Shown: positions 30,848 to 40,554 of the stretch, piece after piece
How the letters are laid out: the number at the start of each line of letters is the position of its first letter
How positions within the stretch are numbered: position 1 is the first letter of the stretch
Source of the DNA: Lentimicrobiaceae bacterium
GTDB lineage: Bacteria; Bacteroidota; Bacteroidia; Bacteroidales; JAAYJT01
Assembly: GCA_037445555.1 (NCBI GenBank)
Contig: JBBIKG010000012.1
Coordinates: 14,016 to 78,015, forward strand
Direction: 5' to 3'
Length of the DNA stretch: 64,000 nucleotides
Position numbers and translations under genes: made by a program
The notes under the pieces: generated by a model
Told to the model about the DNA's origin: nothing
Database searches by the model: none
The model's input: the letters and a program-made list of their open reading frames with translations, nothing else

Positions 30848-31540
30848 TTAAACCTTCTTCAAATTCCTGATTGTGGTGGTCAGCCTTTCTCGCGAAATAA
30901 CACCCCCATGCGATGGGTAGAAGCGCTCGCAGCCTGTGTCGAGCAGCGCCTGCCACGAAACAGGGATCTTTTCGGGGTGATCGGCAAAGGGAGGGAAAAT
31001 TCTACCCGGCAAAATATTAAATAAAGTATCCCCAACTATACAATCTTTATCTTCGATTACCACGCTCAGGCTTCCGGCTGTGTGTCCGGGAGTGTGCAGC
31101 AGATATCCGTTCAGCCCGATTATTCCAAGGTCAAACCAGTTATGCACGATGACGTCGGGTGTAACTCCGTCAAAGCTCCCTTTGCTTACCTTCAGCCATC
31201 CGGCCATGGCAATCAATAATCTGAAAAACTGGTTGGTACCCAATGGCAGGGGCGTAAATCCCTGCTGCAGAAAGTCCTTCTCCTGCTCCTGCACTATCAC
31301 TTTGGCGCCGGTTTTTTGTTTCAGTTCGGCAAGGCTGCCAACATGATCGAAGTGGGTATGGGTGACAATAATATATTTGAGATCGCCGGGCCGCAACCCC
31401 GCCTTTTTAATGGCTTCGATCATGAATCCAGCCTTGTCGCTTACGCCAGTATCGATGAGCGCATTGCCTTTGTCGCCCAAAAGGAGGTAACAATTGGTCT
31501 TCCCTGTTATTATTTTCACAAACCGTTTCGATGCATTCAT
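30848..31540 (-). CDS. MBL-fold metallo-hydrolase
   Basis: LIDTG, THTHFDHVG, TPGHTAGS, GD, PSHG. Confidence 0.92.
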   Translation of the reverse strand: MNASKRFVKIITGKTNCYLLLGDKGNALIDTGVSDKAGFMIEAIKKAGLRPGDLKYIIVTHTHFDHVGSLAELKQKTGAKVIVQEQEKDFLQQGFTPLPLGTNQFFRLLIAMAGWLKVSKGSFDGVTPDVIVHNWFDLGIIGLNGYLLHTPGHTAGSLSVVIEDKDCIVGDTLFNILPGRIFPPFADHPEKIPVSWQALLDTGCERFYPSHGGVISRERLTTTIRNLKKV

Positions 31541-31579
31541 TGGTGCGCTTTCATTTTTCGGAACAACAGGAGTTTTGTT

Positions 31580-33463
31580 CTATGCCGGATATTCACGCAG
31601 CACCTGGTGACTTCCCTTGTGCATCTCGTACCAGTATTCGTAGGCGGCATCCTGTTTATTGCGGTCAAAAAACCTGAGCCAGTAATCCAGTTCTCCATCG
31701 CTGACACCCTCGGTATCTTTCTTTTTTCGAAGATAGGTATGAATCAGATCGATACAACGCTCCGACTCCCACCAAACAGAAGCGTTTCGGCTTGTAATGC
31801 GGCTGGCCGTGAGGCTGACCGAGCGCAAAAATTCCTCTTTCACGCCAAAAAGTTTATTTACGATGTCGGGCATAAGATCTTCGGCCCAAGCGCGGTGAAA
31901 CCGGCATATCCCGAGATTGTCTATCATCAGTTCGGCCATCATGCGCCTGGCATTAAGTTTTCCCAGCTCGCGCGGCGGCAAAAAATCACGTCCGTAATGC
32001 ATATAATATTTCCCCATTATGGCCATGGGTGAGAGCACGCCGGGCACCCAGTACTGGTTGGGAACCATCCAGCCCTGCCGGGCAAAGGCGTTGTAAACAA
32101 ACAGGTCGAGTACTTTGCGGCCTTTTTTTCGCGCCAGTCCTCTGGCAAATTTGCGGGCACCGAAAGGCATCAGCAATTTACCATCCTTTGCACACATCTG
32201 ATCGAGCAAGCCGATACCCAGTCTGGCATTGTGCATGCTATCATTAACTATATCAAATCCTTCCATGTTCCAGTGCGGCCGGCTCTCTACGCCAAGTTCT
32301 TCAGGGTGTAAAAGGCCTGTGTCCAGGCAATCCATCAGCCAGCTGAGTACTCCGCCTATGGATATTGCATCAAAGCCGAGACTGTCGGCATGATGGTTTA
32401 GTATCTCAGCGGCTCGCTGGTCAAAAATTCCACACAGGGGCCCCATAGTCTGGTAAGGCTCATAATCTTTTTTGTAGTGGCCATTCAGTTTCTTGCAAAC
32501 GGCGGCACAGGGCTCTCCACAGTTTTTCTGTTGTTTCGCCTGGATAGTTTCTTCGTTGAACTGCTTCAGGTAATGGTCGGCAATAAATCGTTTGTGGAGG
32601 TCTTTTCTTTCGTCCTCGCCCCAGTAGATGGTTCGGTAGTTGAAGGCAAGCGTATTGCCTTCCATGGTGGCGTAATTCACCCCGAAAGTGCCTCCGGTGT
32701 TGAATTTTGGATCATAGCGATACTTGGTGGTGGCTTCGATGTCTTTGGCGGCCATGCGTTGGTTGTATTTTTCCGTAAACCATTCGTCAGCTACCGAGCG
32801 GTCGCGAAAATCTTCCATGATGTGAGTGCCCCCGTAGATAATGCCGATAATTCCGTGTTCCTGAAGCAGTTTTGATCCGAACCCTCCTCGGCCAGCCCAG
32901 GTATCCACATATGTGAGCTGGCCGTTTTTTACAGGCGCAGAGGCGATGGCTCCCGTATCGCTGCAAAAGGAGGCGGGGCCGGCAGCCAGCACACGGGGAT
33001 CGGTAGAATAGCGGTGTTTGAATTTTTCGAGTGCAAACTCCATCACGGCATATACACCCTTAGGCCCTTGTTGCCAAATAAGATCGGGCACTACTTCTGT
33101 AAGTTCAACTTCAATTTCTTCGCCATGATTACGGTTGAGATATAGCAATGAAGGATGAGCGGCCTTACCTATGATGCTCAGCATGTTGATGCCGATGTTG
33201 TCGAACACCAGGGCGGCCCCTCCCATTGAGCTGATGAAAAAACCGTGCCAGCATGGCGATATGCCGGAGAACACCAAGCGATTTGATCCGGGAAAAACTG
33301 ATCCTGCCAGAAGCCCCGATCCGATGTTCAGGCTGTTGTGCTTATGGGCCAGGTGTATGCCCAAATCGACCGGGCCGAAAAAATCGCCCACCCGGTATCG
33401 CTTCATCTGATAGAACCCGGTGCCGGCATCCAGCATCAGCACCCTCAGCTTATTTTCGGCCAT
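31580..33463 (-). CDS. aldehyde:ferredoxin oxidoreductase family, GAPOR-like (W/Mo-pterin)
   Basis: SSMGGA, WAGRGG, KYRYDPKFNTGGTFG, CGEPCAAVCKK and DNLGICRFHRAW (four Fe-S Cys), GFDAIS; these resemble archaeal glyceraldehyde-3-phosphate:ferredoxin oxidoreductase as recalled. Confidence 0.82.
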   Translation of the reverse strand: MAENKLRVLMLDAGTGFYQMKRYRVGDFFGPVDLGIHLAHKHNSLNIGSGLLAGSVFPGSNRLVFSGISPCWHGFFISSMGGAALVFDNIGINMLSIIGKAAHPSLLYLNRNHGEEIEVELTEVVPDLIWQQGPKGVYAVMEFALEKFKHRYSTDPRVLAAGPASFCSDTGAIASAPVKNGQLTYVDTWAGRGGFGSKLLQEHGIIGIIYGGTHIMEDFRDRSVADEWFTEKYNQRMAAKDIEATTKYRYDPKFNTGGTFGVNYATMEGNTLAFNYRTIYWGEDERKDLHKRFIADHYLKQFNEETIQAKQQKNCGEPCAAVCKKLNGHYKKDYEPYQTMGPLCGIFDQRAAEILNHHADSLGFDAISIGGVLSWLMDCLDTGLLHPEELGVESRPHWNMEGFDIVNDSMHNARLGIGLLDQMCAKDGKLLMPFGARKFARGLARKKGRKVLDLFVYNAFARQGWMVPNQYWVPGVLSPMAIMGKYYMHYGRDFLPPRELGKLNARRMMAELMIDNLGICRFHRAWAEDLMPDIVNKLFGVKEEFLRSVSLTASRITSRNASVWWESERCIDLIHTYLRKKKDTEGVSDGELDYWLRFFDRNKQDAAYEYWYEMHKGSHQVLREYPA

Positions 33464-33545
33464 GGTTGGTAATTATTATGGTGTTAAGAAGTAATCAAAC
33501 CTTGACTTCAGAGAGCCTTCAGCACATTTAAGCCTTCAGGAGCAG

Positions 33546-34640
33546 TTATCTGTCAAAAGACCTTGGCCTGTAAGCGGCCCTGTCGATGTCGCGAAGGGTT
33601 TTAACCGGTTTGGGAGGATTAAGGTATCTGGCCAAAAATCCATAGATTTTCACCCTGGTCTCCTTAGCAAATTTCGAATCGATGCGGTCGAACCCATGCC
33701 CTCCCGGGATATCCTTAAAGATCTCATAGTCAAATTTTTTGTCTTCGGCTTTCAGCGCTCTGATAAGGTGCTCCACTTCCAGCACATATACGTCATCGTC
33801 GTTGGTGTTGGTGTGGATAAGCAATGGAGTTTGCAGCTTATGAACATGATTGACCGGAGAGCGTCGGCGGTATTCGTCCACATTGTCTCTGGCCGTAGCG
33901 CCAATATGATAGCTTGCCGAAAATAGTTTGCGATAATCTTCGGTGGAGTATCCCATCCGGGCCACCAGGTCGCTTACCGGAACCCCGGCAAAACACACCT
34001 GGTAATCGTTGGGATAATTGAAGATATTCATCAACGCAATCATTCCGCCATGGCTCCAGCCAATGATACCCACTCGTTTGGGATCCACAAATTCATAGTT
34101 TTCGACCACGTAATCGCGGCTGGCCTTTACGTCTTCATTCTCCAGTCCGCCGTAATCGATCAGCTCGTAGAATCGCTGCCCGTAGCCGGTGCTGCCACGG
34201 TACTCAGGAGCTACTACAATGTATTGCTGAGCCATCATTTCGCGTATCATGTGGGTGTGATAGGTCGTAAAATCGGCATGCACTCCGCCATGGGGCAATA
34301 CCAGCAGCGGGTATTTTTTTGATGGATCTATGTCGCGGGGGATAAAAATGTATGACCAGAATCGCACGGGATTTTTAGCTCCCTTGAGGTTTGGATTTTT
34401 TACAACCGCAGGCGGAGGTCCTGTGATAAACACTTTGTCCACATAGGCTATATCTCCGACCTTATTCACCCACGCAAGGTCATCCACGGCCTTTGACAGT
34501 GCATCGAGTGTGTGGCCAAGTTCTTCAAATTTTTTATTCACATGCTGAATGACTTCCTGATTGGTTTGGGCATAACTTCCGAACGTTACGAGCATCAGGG
34601 GTACTAAAATCAGGATAAAAATGGCATAAGCTTTTTTCAT
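33546..34640 (-). CDS. S9 family (prolyl oligopeptidase-like) peptidase
   Basis: Signal peptide, HGG, YRGSTGYG, GWSHGG nucleophile, DDDV, GHGF. Confidence 0.9.
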   Translation of the reverse strand: MKKAYAIFILILVPLMLVTFGSYAQTNQEVIQHVNKKFEELGHTLDALSKAVDDLAWVNKVGDIAYVDKVFITGPPPAVVKNPNLKGAKNPVRFWSYIFIPRDIDPSKKYPLLVLPHGGVHADFTTYHTHMIREMMAQQYIVVAPEYRGSTGYGQRFYELIDYGGLENEDVKASRDYVVENYEFVDPKRVGIIGWSHGGMIALMNIFNYPNDYQVCFAGVPVSDLVARMGYSTEDYRKLFSASYHIGATARDNVDEYRRRSPVNHVHKLQTPLLIHTNTNDDDVYVLEVEHLIRALKAEDKKFDYEIFKDIPGGHGFDRIDSKFAKETRVKIYGFLARYLNPPKPVKTLRDIDRAAYRPRSFDR

Positions 34641-34830
34641 GTTTGCATTGGTTTTTTTGATGATGTTTAACAAAAGTCTAAAATTACAAATAATTGATGT
34701 TTGCCGGGTTAATTAAAGATCTTCCGGAGCACCGCATGGGCTATCAAATAATCACGTATTTTGGATATTAAGGTGTGGATTACTTTTGCAGTCCCAAAAA
34801 AAGCAGATACTTTTGCAAAAATTTCCATCC

Positions 34831-35241
34831 ATGAAACCAACTCACATCGAACACATTGGAATTGCCGTCAAAAGCCTCGAAGAGAGCATTGCCTGGTACG
34901 AAAAAATGCTCGGATTGACCTGCTATGCTATAGAGGAAGTTGAAGAACAGCGCGTGCGTACGGCCTTCTTTATGATTGGGCAAACCAAACTTGAACTGCT
35001 CGAATCCACCGATCCCGAAGGCCCTATTGGCAAGTTTATCGAAAAACGCGGCGAAGGTGTGCACCATATCGCCTATGCCGTGCAGGGCCTTGAAGATAGC
35101 CTGACCGAAATGGAAGCCAAAGGCGTTCAGCTGATAGACAAGTCTCCCAGAAAAGGAGCCGAAGGGCTGCATATTGCCTTCCTGCATCCAAAATCAACCG
35201 GTGGCGTGCTTACCGAATTGTGTGAAGATAAAAACAAGTAA
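34831..35241 (+). CDS. mce: methylmalonyl-CoA epimerase
   Basis: HIEHIGIAV, KLELLE, GEGVHHIAY, AFLHPKSTGGVLTELCE. Confidence 0.95.
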   Translation: MKPTHIEHIGIAVKSLEESIAWYEKMLGLTCYAIEEVEEQRVRTAFFMIGQTKLELLESTDPEGPIGKFIEKRGEGVHHIAYAVQGLEDSLTEMEAKGVQLIDKSPRKGAEGLHIAFLHPKSTGGVLTELCEDKNK

Positions 35242-35262
35242 AGTCATTATATACTTTCTCCC

Positions 35263-36822
35263 ATGGAGCGAATTGAGAAGATAAGGGAACTCATTGAACT
35301 GCGTGAACAGGCTAAGCTCGGTGGAGGCGAAAAACGCCTGGAAGCCCAGCGTTCAAAAGGAAAATATACTGCCCGCGAACGCATTGATATGCTACTCGAC
35401 GAAGGCAGCTTCGAAGAATACGACATGTTTGTGACCCATCGTTGCCGCGATTTTGGCCTCGAGAATCAGACCTACCTGGGCGACGGGGTGATTACAGGGC
35501 ATGGCACCATAGACGGAAGGGTGGTGTATATTTTTTCCCAGGATTTTACCGTAATGGGTGGATCGCTTAGCGAAATCTTTGCTAAAAAAATCTGTAAGGT
35601 GATGGATCAGGCCATGAAGGTGGGCGCCCCTATCATCGGCATCAACGACAGTGGTGGTGCACGTATACAGGAAGGTGTATTGAGCCTTGCCGGATATGCC
35701 GAGATCTTTCAACGCAATATCATGGCATCCGGAGTGGTGCCGCAGATATCGGCCATCTTTGGTCCGTGTGCCGGCGGAGCCGTTTACTCTCCGGCCCTCA
35801 CGGATGTGATCATCATGAGCCAGGATAACAGCTATATGTTTGTCACCGGACCCAAGGTTACCAAGGCAGTAACGGGCGAAGACATAAGCACCGAAGATCT
35901 GGGAGGCGCTGTCGTGCATACAGGCAAATCGGGTGTGGCTCATTTTCGGGCCGAGAGCGAAGAAGAAGGCATCCTGCTCATCCGCAAGCTGCTCGAATAT
36001 CTGCCCTCAAACAACCTCGAAGATCCTATCACCACTGAGTGCTCCGATCCGATTGACCGCCAGGATGACGAGCTGAACACCGCGATTCCGGCCAACCCAA
36101 ACCAACCCTACGATATCAAAGATTTGATCTACACTATTGTAGATGACCGGGAGTTTCTGGAAATGCACCGCCACTTTGCCAAAAATATCGTGGTAGGGTT
36201 TGCAAAATTCAACGGAATGCCGGTAGGAATAGTGGCCAATCAGCCGAATTACCTTGCCGGAGTACTTGATATCGACGCTTCCAAAAAAGCTGCCCGCTTT
36301 GTCAGGTTTTGCGATGCCTTTAACGTGCCACTGGTTACCCTGGTGGACGTTCCGGGCTTCCTCCCCGGCAGCAAGCAGGAGCATGGCGGCATCATCGTTC
36401 ACGGAGCCAAACTTTTGTTCGCCTATGGCGAAGCTACCGTGCCCAAAGTAACCGTTACCCTGCGCAAGAGCTATGGAGGAGCACACGATGTGATGAGTTC
36501 CAAACAATTGCGGGGCGATATCAACTACGCATGGCCATCGGCCGAAATTGCCGTGATGGGGGCAAGGGGCGCTATTGAGATACTAGAGGGAAGCAATGCA
36601 GCGAAAATCGAAGATCCGCAAGAACGAGCCAAATACCTCGCCCAAAAAGAATCCGAATACATCGAAAAATTTGCCAACCCCTATGAGGCGGCAAAATACG
36701 GATTCATCGATGACATCATTGAGCCGAGAAACACCCGCTTCAGGATTATCAGGGCGCTGCAAACCCTCTCGACCAAGAAAGACACCAATCCGCCTCGCAA
36801 GCACAACAATATGCCTTTGTAA
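35263..36822 (+). CDS. mmdA: methylmalonyl-CoA decarboxylase alpha subunit (carboxyltransferase)
   Basis: [31 protein letters not shown]; operon context with mce, OadG, biotin carrier and beta subunit. Confidence 0.9.
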   Translation: MERIEKIRELIELREQAKLGGGEKRLEAQRSKGKYTARERIDMLLDEGSFEEYDMFVTHRCRDFGLENQTYLGDGVITGHGTIDGRVVYIFSQDFTVMGGSLSEIFAKKICKVMDQAMKVGAPIIGINDSGGARIQEGVLSLAGYAEIFQRNIMASGVVPQISAIFGPCAGGAVYSPALTDVIIMSQDNSYMFVTGPKVTKAVTGEDISTEDLGGAVVHTGKSGVAHFRAESEEEGILLIRKLLEYLPSNNLEDPITTECSDPIDRQDDELNTAIPANPNQPYDIKDLIYTIVDDREFLEMHRHFAKNIVVGFAKFNGMPVGIVANQPNYLAGVLDIDASKKAARFVRFCDAFNVPLVTLVDVPGFLPGSKQEHGGIIVHGAKLLFAYGEATVPKVTVTLRKSYGGAHDVMSSKQLRGDINYAWPSAEIAVMGARGAIEILEGSNAAKIEDPQERAKYLAQKESEYIEKFANPYEAAKYGFIDDIIEPRNTRFRIIRALQTLSTKKDTNPPRKHNNMPL

Positions 36823-36834
36823 ATTCACCGACCT

Positions 36835-37200
36835 ATGATTACCGAGCTTGCAAAAATAAATTTTGACTTTTCGGCCATCGACGGGTTTGCCATAACCGTC
36901 ACGGTGGTTGGGTATGTGATTGTGTTTGTAGCGTTAGTGCTCCTTTACTACACATACACCCTCATCCCTCGGCTGGTTAAGATGAATTTACGCCAGAAAC
37001 TTCGCCGCCAGGGCAAGGAAAAACAATTGAAAGATGAGGATATGCATATCCCCGGCGAAGTGAATGCCGCCATCGGCATGGCATTATTCCTTTTTATCAA
37101 CGAAGTGCATGACCAGGAAAAAACTGTAATAACCATCAAGAGGGTTTCGAAGCGCTACTCGCCCTGGAGTTCAAAAATTTACAGCCTCGACAGGTACTAA
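36835..37200 (+). CDS. OadG/MmdD-type decarboxylase membrane subunit
   Basis: Single TM GYVIVFVALVLL, AAIGMAL, SPWSSK. Confidence 0.85.
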   Translation: MITELAKINFDFSAIDGFAITVTVVGYVIVFVALVLLYYTYTLIPRLVKMNLRQKLRRQGKEKQLKDEDMHIPGEVNAAIGMALFLFINEVHDQEKTVITIKRVSKRYSPWSSKIYSLDRY

Positions 37201-37219
37201 AAGTAACAATACCTAATCC

Positions 37220-37645
37220 ATGAGAAAATTCGAATTCACGATCAGTGGCAACAAATACGAGGTAGAGCTAAAAAAGCTTGAGGAAAACATCGCCGAGGTG
37301 GAGGTGAATGGAACACTTTACACTGTAGAACTTCACCGCGAAATAAAAACCACCAAAACACCAAAGCTTGTCCGGTCTGAAGTGGTGACCACGCGTGCCG
37401 AGAGTAAAATCAAGAAAACTATCACCACGTCTTCAGCTGGTGTTACCTCGCCGCTGCCGGGCGTCATCCTGCAAATTCTGGTGAAAGAAGGCGACACCGT
37501 GAAAAAAGGTGATAGGCTTCTGGTATACGAAACCATGAAGATGGAGAATACCCTGCATGCTGAACGGGATGGGACCGTAATAAGTGTCAAAGTAGCCATC
37601 GGCCAAAACATCCTGCAAGGCGACTTACTGTTGGAGATAGCCTGA
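37220..37645 (+). CDS. biotin carboxyl carrier subunit (MmdC-like)
   Basis: SPLPG...ETMKMEN biotinylation motif. Confidence 0.92.
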   Translation: MRKFEFTISGNKYEVELKKLEENIAEVEVNGTLYTVELHREIKTTKTPKLVRSEVVTTRAESKIKKTITTSSAGVTSPLPGVILQILVKEGDTVKKGDRLLVYETMKMENTLHAERDGTVISVKVAIGQNILQGDLLLEIA

Positions 37646-37670
37646 TGCCAGACCATAACCTGTGAAGAAG

Positions 37671-39002
37671 ATGAAAAAATTCACCACTTTTATCGGCATC
37701 ATCGCTATTTTGGTCATCCTAAGGCTTGTGTTAGCTCAGATTAACCCTGCTGCGGCTGACCACCTGGCGAGCCATGCCGTTGCTGACTCTGTTTCCGCAG
37801 CCATTAGTGACAAAGGTGACCTGTCCGACCTGTTGCTCGAAACCGAACAGGCCACCGAATCAGGCCTGAAAACCTTCTGGAGCTACACCGGTTTCCGCAA
37901 TGCCAAACCGGGCAACCTGATCATGATCATTGTGGGGCTATTCTTTATGTTTCTTGCCATACGCTATGACTACGAACCCCTGTTGCTCATCCCTATCGGC
38001 ACCGGTATAATCCTGGGGAACATCCCATTTTATCAGGATGGCGGGTTCAATCTTCAGCTTGGCATATATCAGGAAGGTAGCGTGCTCAATTATCTCTATT
38101 TCGGGGTGCTGAAAGGTGTCTACCCCCCTTTGATCTTTCTCGGGATCGGGGCCATGACCGATTTTTCATCACTTATATCCAACCCGCGCCTCATGCTGCT
38201 GGGAGCAGCCGCCCAGGTAGGTATTTTTATCACGTTTTTGAGTGCCCTCGCCTTTGGATTTGATCTCCAACAGGCCGCCTCTATCGGTATCATTGGTGGG
38301 GCAGACGGGCCTACGGCCATATTCCTTTCGTCCCAACTGGCACCCAAACTGATCGGCCCAATCGCCATCGCAGCCTACTCATACATGGCCCTTGTGCCCG
38401 TGATACAGCCGCCTGTGATGAATTTGCTCACCAGCAAAAAAGAGAGGCTGATACGAATGAAACCGCCACGTTCGGTGTCGAAGATCGAGAAGATACTGTT
38501 TCCCATCATCGGGCTGCTGCTTACCACGTTTATTGCGCCCAGTGCCCTGCCGCTGCTTGGGATGCTGTTTTTCGGAAACATACTCAAAGAAAGCGGAGTA
38601 ACCAAACGCTTGGCCGACACTGCCCGCACTTCCCTTATCGACATCGTGACCATGATACTTGGCATTACCGTAGGCGCATCAACTCAGGCCGATGTTTTCC
38701 TGACGCCCCAGTCTATTTTCATCTTCATATTGGGGGCTGTTTCGTTCATGATCGCCACAGCCGGAGGAGTTGTATTTGCCAAAGTGATGAACCTCTTTCT
38801 TAGGGAAGACCAGAAAATCAACCCGCTAATTGGTGCAGCCGGGGTATCGGCAGTGCCCGATAGTGCAAGGGTTGTGCAGCAGGAAGGATTGAAAAATGAT
38901 CCGTCGAACCACCTGCTCATGCATGCCATGGCCCCTAATGTGGCTGGAGTGATTGGCTCGGCGGTTGCCGCAGGGATTTTGTTGAGTTTCTTAATTAAAT
39001 AA
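37671..39002 (+). CDS. Na+-translocating decarboxylase beta subunit (OadB/MmdB)
   Basis: EPLLLIPIG, GAMTDF, IGIIGGADGPT, AYSYMALVP, AGVSAVP, HAMAPNVAG. Confidence 0.95.
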   Translation: MKKFTTFIGIIAILVILRLVLAQINPAAADHLASHAVADSVSAAISDKGDLSDLLLETEQATESGLKTFWSYTGFRNAKPGNLIMIIVGLFFMFLAIRYDYEPLLLIPIGTGIILGNIPFYQDGGFNLQLGIYQEGSVLNYLYFGVLKGVYPPLIFLGIGAMTDFSSLISNPRLMLLGAAAQVGIFITFLSALAFGFDLQQAASIGIIGGADGPTAIFLSSQLAPKLIGPIAIAAYSYMALVPVIQPPVMNLLTSKKERLIRMKPPRSVSKIEKILFPIIGLLLTTFIAPSALPLLGMLFFGNILKESGVTKRLADTARTSLIDIVTMILGITVGASTQADVFLTPQSIFIFILGAVSFMIATAGGVVFAKVMNLFLREDQKINPLIGAAGVSAVPDSARVVQQEGLKNDPSNHLLMHAMAPNVAGVIGSAVAAGILLSFLIK

Positions 39003-39006
39003 CCAT

Positions 39007-39627
39007 ATGCTGATAATTGGCATTGCCGGCGGCTCGGGATCGGGCAAATCAACCGTGGTAAAGAAAATCATGCGCATGCTGCCAAAAGACTCGGTGGCTG
39101 TCATTCCGCAAGATTCCTATTATCGCGACAATGGCCACCTGAAGCCCGAAGAAAGGGCAAAAATCAACTTCGACCACCCGTCCAGCATCGAATTCAATCT
39201 GCTCATCAGGCATCTTGACCTGCTCAGACAGGGTCAGACCATCGATATGCCCATCTACAGCTACCTGACCTGCGCCAGGGCAAAAGAAACTATTCCCATT
39301 GCGCCAAAAGATGTAATCATTGTGGAAGGGATACTGGTGCTGACCAATCCGCGACTGCGCGATCGCATGGACATCAAGGTGTTTGTGGATGCCGATGCGG
39401 ATGACCGCCTGATGAGAATTATCCGCCGCGATATTGAGGAGCGCGGACGTTCGTTTATGCAGGTGCTGGAACATTATGAGAAGTTTGTGAAACCCATGCA
39501 CCTTTTGTTTATCGAACCCACCAAGCGATATGCCGACATCATCGTACCGTTGGGCGGCACCAATCAGGTAGCTATTGACATTCTTACTTCTCGTATTTTC
39601 TACCAGCTCGAAAAAGACAGAGCATAG
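39007..39627 (+). CDS. udk: uridine kinase
   Basis: IGIAGGSGSGKST, QDSYY, NFDHP, VEGIL, RRDIEERGR. Confidence 0.95.
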   Translation: MLIIGIAGGSGSGKSTVVKKIMRMLPKDSVAVIPQDSYYRDNGHLKPEERAKINFDHPSSIEFNLLIRHLDLLRQGQTIDMPIYSYLTCARAKETIPIAPKDVIIVEGILVLTNPRLRDRMDIKVFVDADADDRLMRIIRRDIEERGRSFMQVLEHYEKFVKPMHLLFIEPTKRYADIIVPLGGTNQVAIDILTSRIFYQLEKDRA

Positions 39628-39830
39628 AAGACTGCCATTTTGGCCGGCTTTGCATTGACTTTGCCATGCGCACGCGCCATATTGTCCGCTTCGGATTTTG
39701 GCTCCAACCTTATTTTGCTATGAAATATCCCGACCACAGCGAGAGATCAACTAACTAAATATATGTTTTACAGATTTTTACATATTTTGTGTCACGGATC
39801 AATTCGATTGAAGGCTCTCAAGGGTAAAAA

Positions 39831-39845
39831 TGGTACATGATTTGC
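39831..39845 (+). promoter_or_regulatory. putative sigma-54 (-24/-12) promoter of hsp20
   Basis: TGGTAC-ATGAT-TTGC has exact GG-N10-GC spacing, 55 nt upstream of the ATG. Confidence 0.6.
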
Positions 39846-39899
39846 CTTGTACTGGTAGCAAACAACCAATAACCAATAAAAATAAAGGAGGATCAAGTT

Positions 39900-40331
39900 A
39901 TGTTACCAATGACAAGAAGAGGGATTGCATTCCCGCGGTTCACAGATGAGTTTTTCGGAAAGGATCTGTTGGCGGACATTTTCGACAACCGCCTCGGCAT
40001 TACAACACCATCGGTAAATATCATTGAAGGCCAGGATATTTTCCGTATTGAGGTGGCAGCACCGGGCTACGGCAAAGAAGATTTCAGGCTCGATTTGCAG
40101 AACAATGTGCTCACGGTTTCGTCAGAGAAAGACCAGAAGACCGAAAATGATGATGAAAAAATTATGCGTCGCGAATTCAGTTATTGCTCGTTCAACCGCT
40201 CGTTTGCTCTGCCTAACACTGTAGATGCCGAGAAAATATCTGCCAACTATAAAGACGGTGTATTGACCATCCTCATTCCGAAAAAAGAAGAGGCAAAGGT
40301 TAAACCTATGCGCCAGATCAGCATTTCGTAA
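39900..40331 (+). CDS. small heat-shock protein (Hsp20/alpha-crystallin)
   Basis: PSVNI, APGYGKEDF, RREFSYCSFNRSFALP, ANYKDGVLTI, C-terminal ISI. Confidence 0.95.
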   Translation: MLPMTRRGIAFPRFTDEFFGKDLLADIFDNRLGITTPSVNIIEGQDIFRIEVAAPGYGKEDFRLDLQNNVLTVSSEKDQKTENDDEKIMRREFSYCSFNRSFALPNTVDAEKISANYKDGVLTILIPKKEEAKVKPMRQISIS

Positions 40332-40344
40332 CCGAAACCCAAGT

Positions 40345-40375
40345 AAAGGCCGGCCGGATTTTGGCCGGTTTTTTT
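40345..40375 (+). terminator. intrinsic terminator after hsp20
   Basis: GCCGGCCGG-ATT-TTGGCCGGT followed by a T-run. Confidence 0.75.
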
Positions 40376-40457
40376 GTTTCAGGCGGCTGCACTGGTCATG
40401 CATGCCGCACACGGGGCGAAAAAATCAGAGGGTATTGCGCATATCGAAAAGTATTTA

Positions 40458-40465
40458 TACTTTTG
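40458..40465 (+). promoter_or_regulatory. Bacteroidota -7 promoter element for tRNA-Asn
   Basis: TACTTTTG 15 nt upstream of the tRNA. Confidence 0.65.
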
Positions 40466-40480
40466 CACCCCTGAAAACAC

Positions 40481-40554
40481 TCCTCCTTAGCTCAGTCGGT
40501 TAGAGCATCTGACTGTTAATCAGAGGGTCGCTGGTTCAAGTCCAGCAGGGGGAG
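40481..40554 (+). tRNA. tRNA-Asn (GTT)
   Basis: TCCTCCT/AGGGGGA acceptor stem, TCTGA-CTGTTAA-TCAGA anticodon arm, GTTCAAG T-loop; CCA not encoded. Confidence 0.96.
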
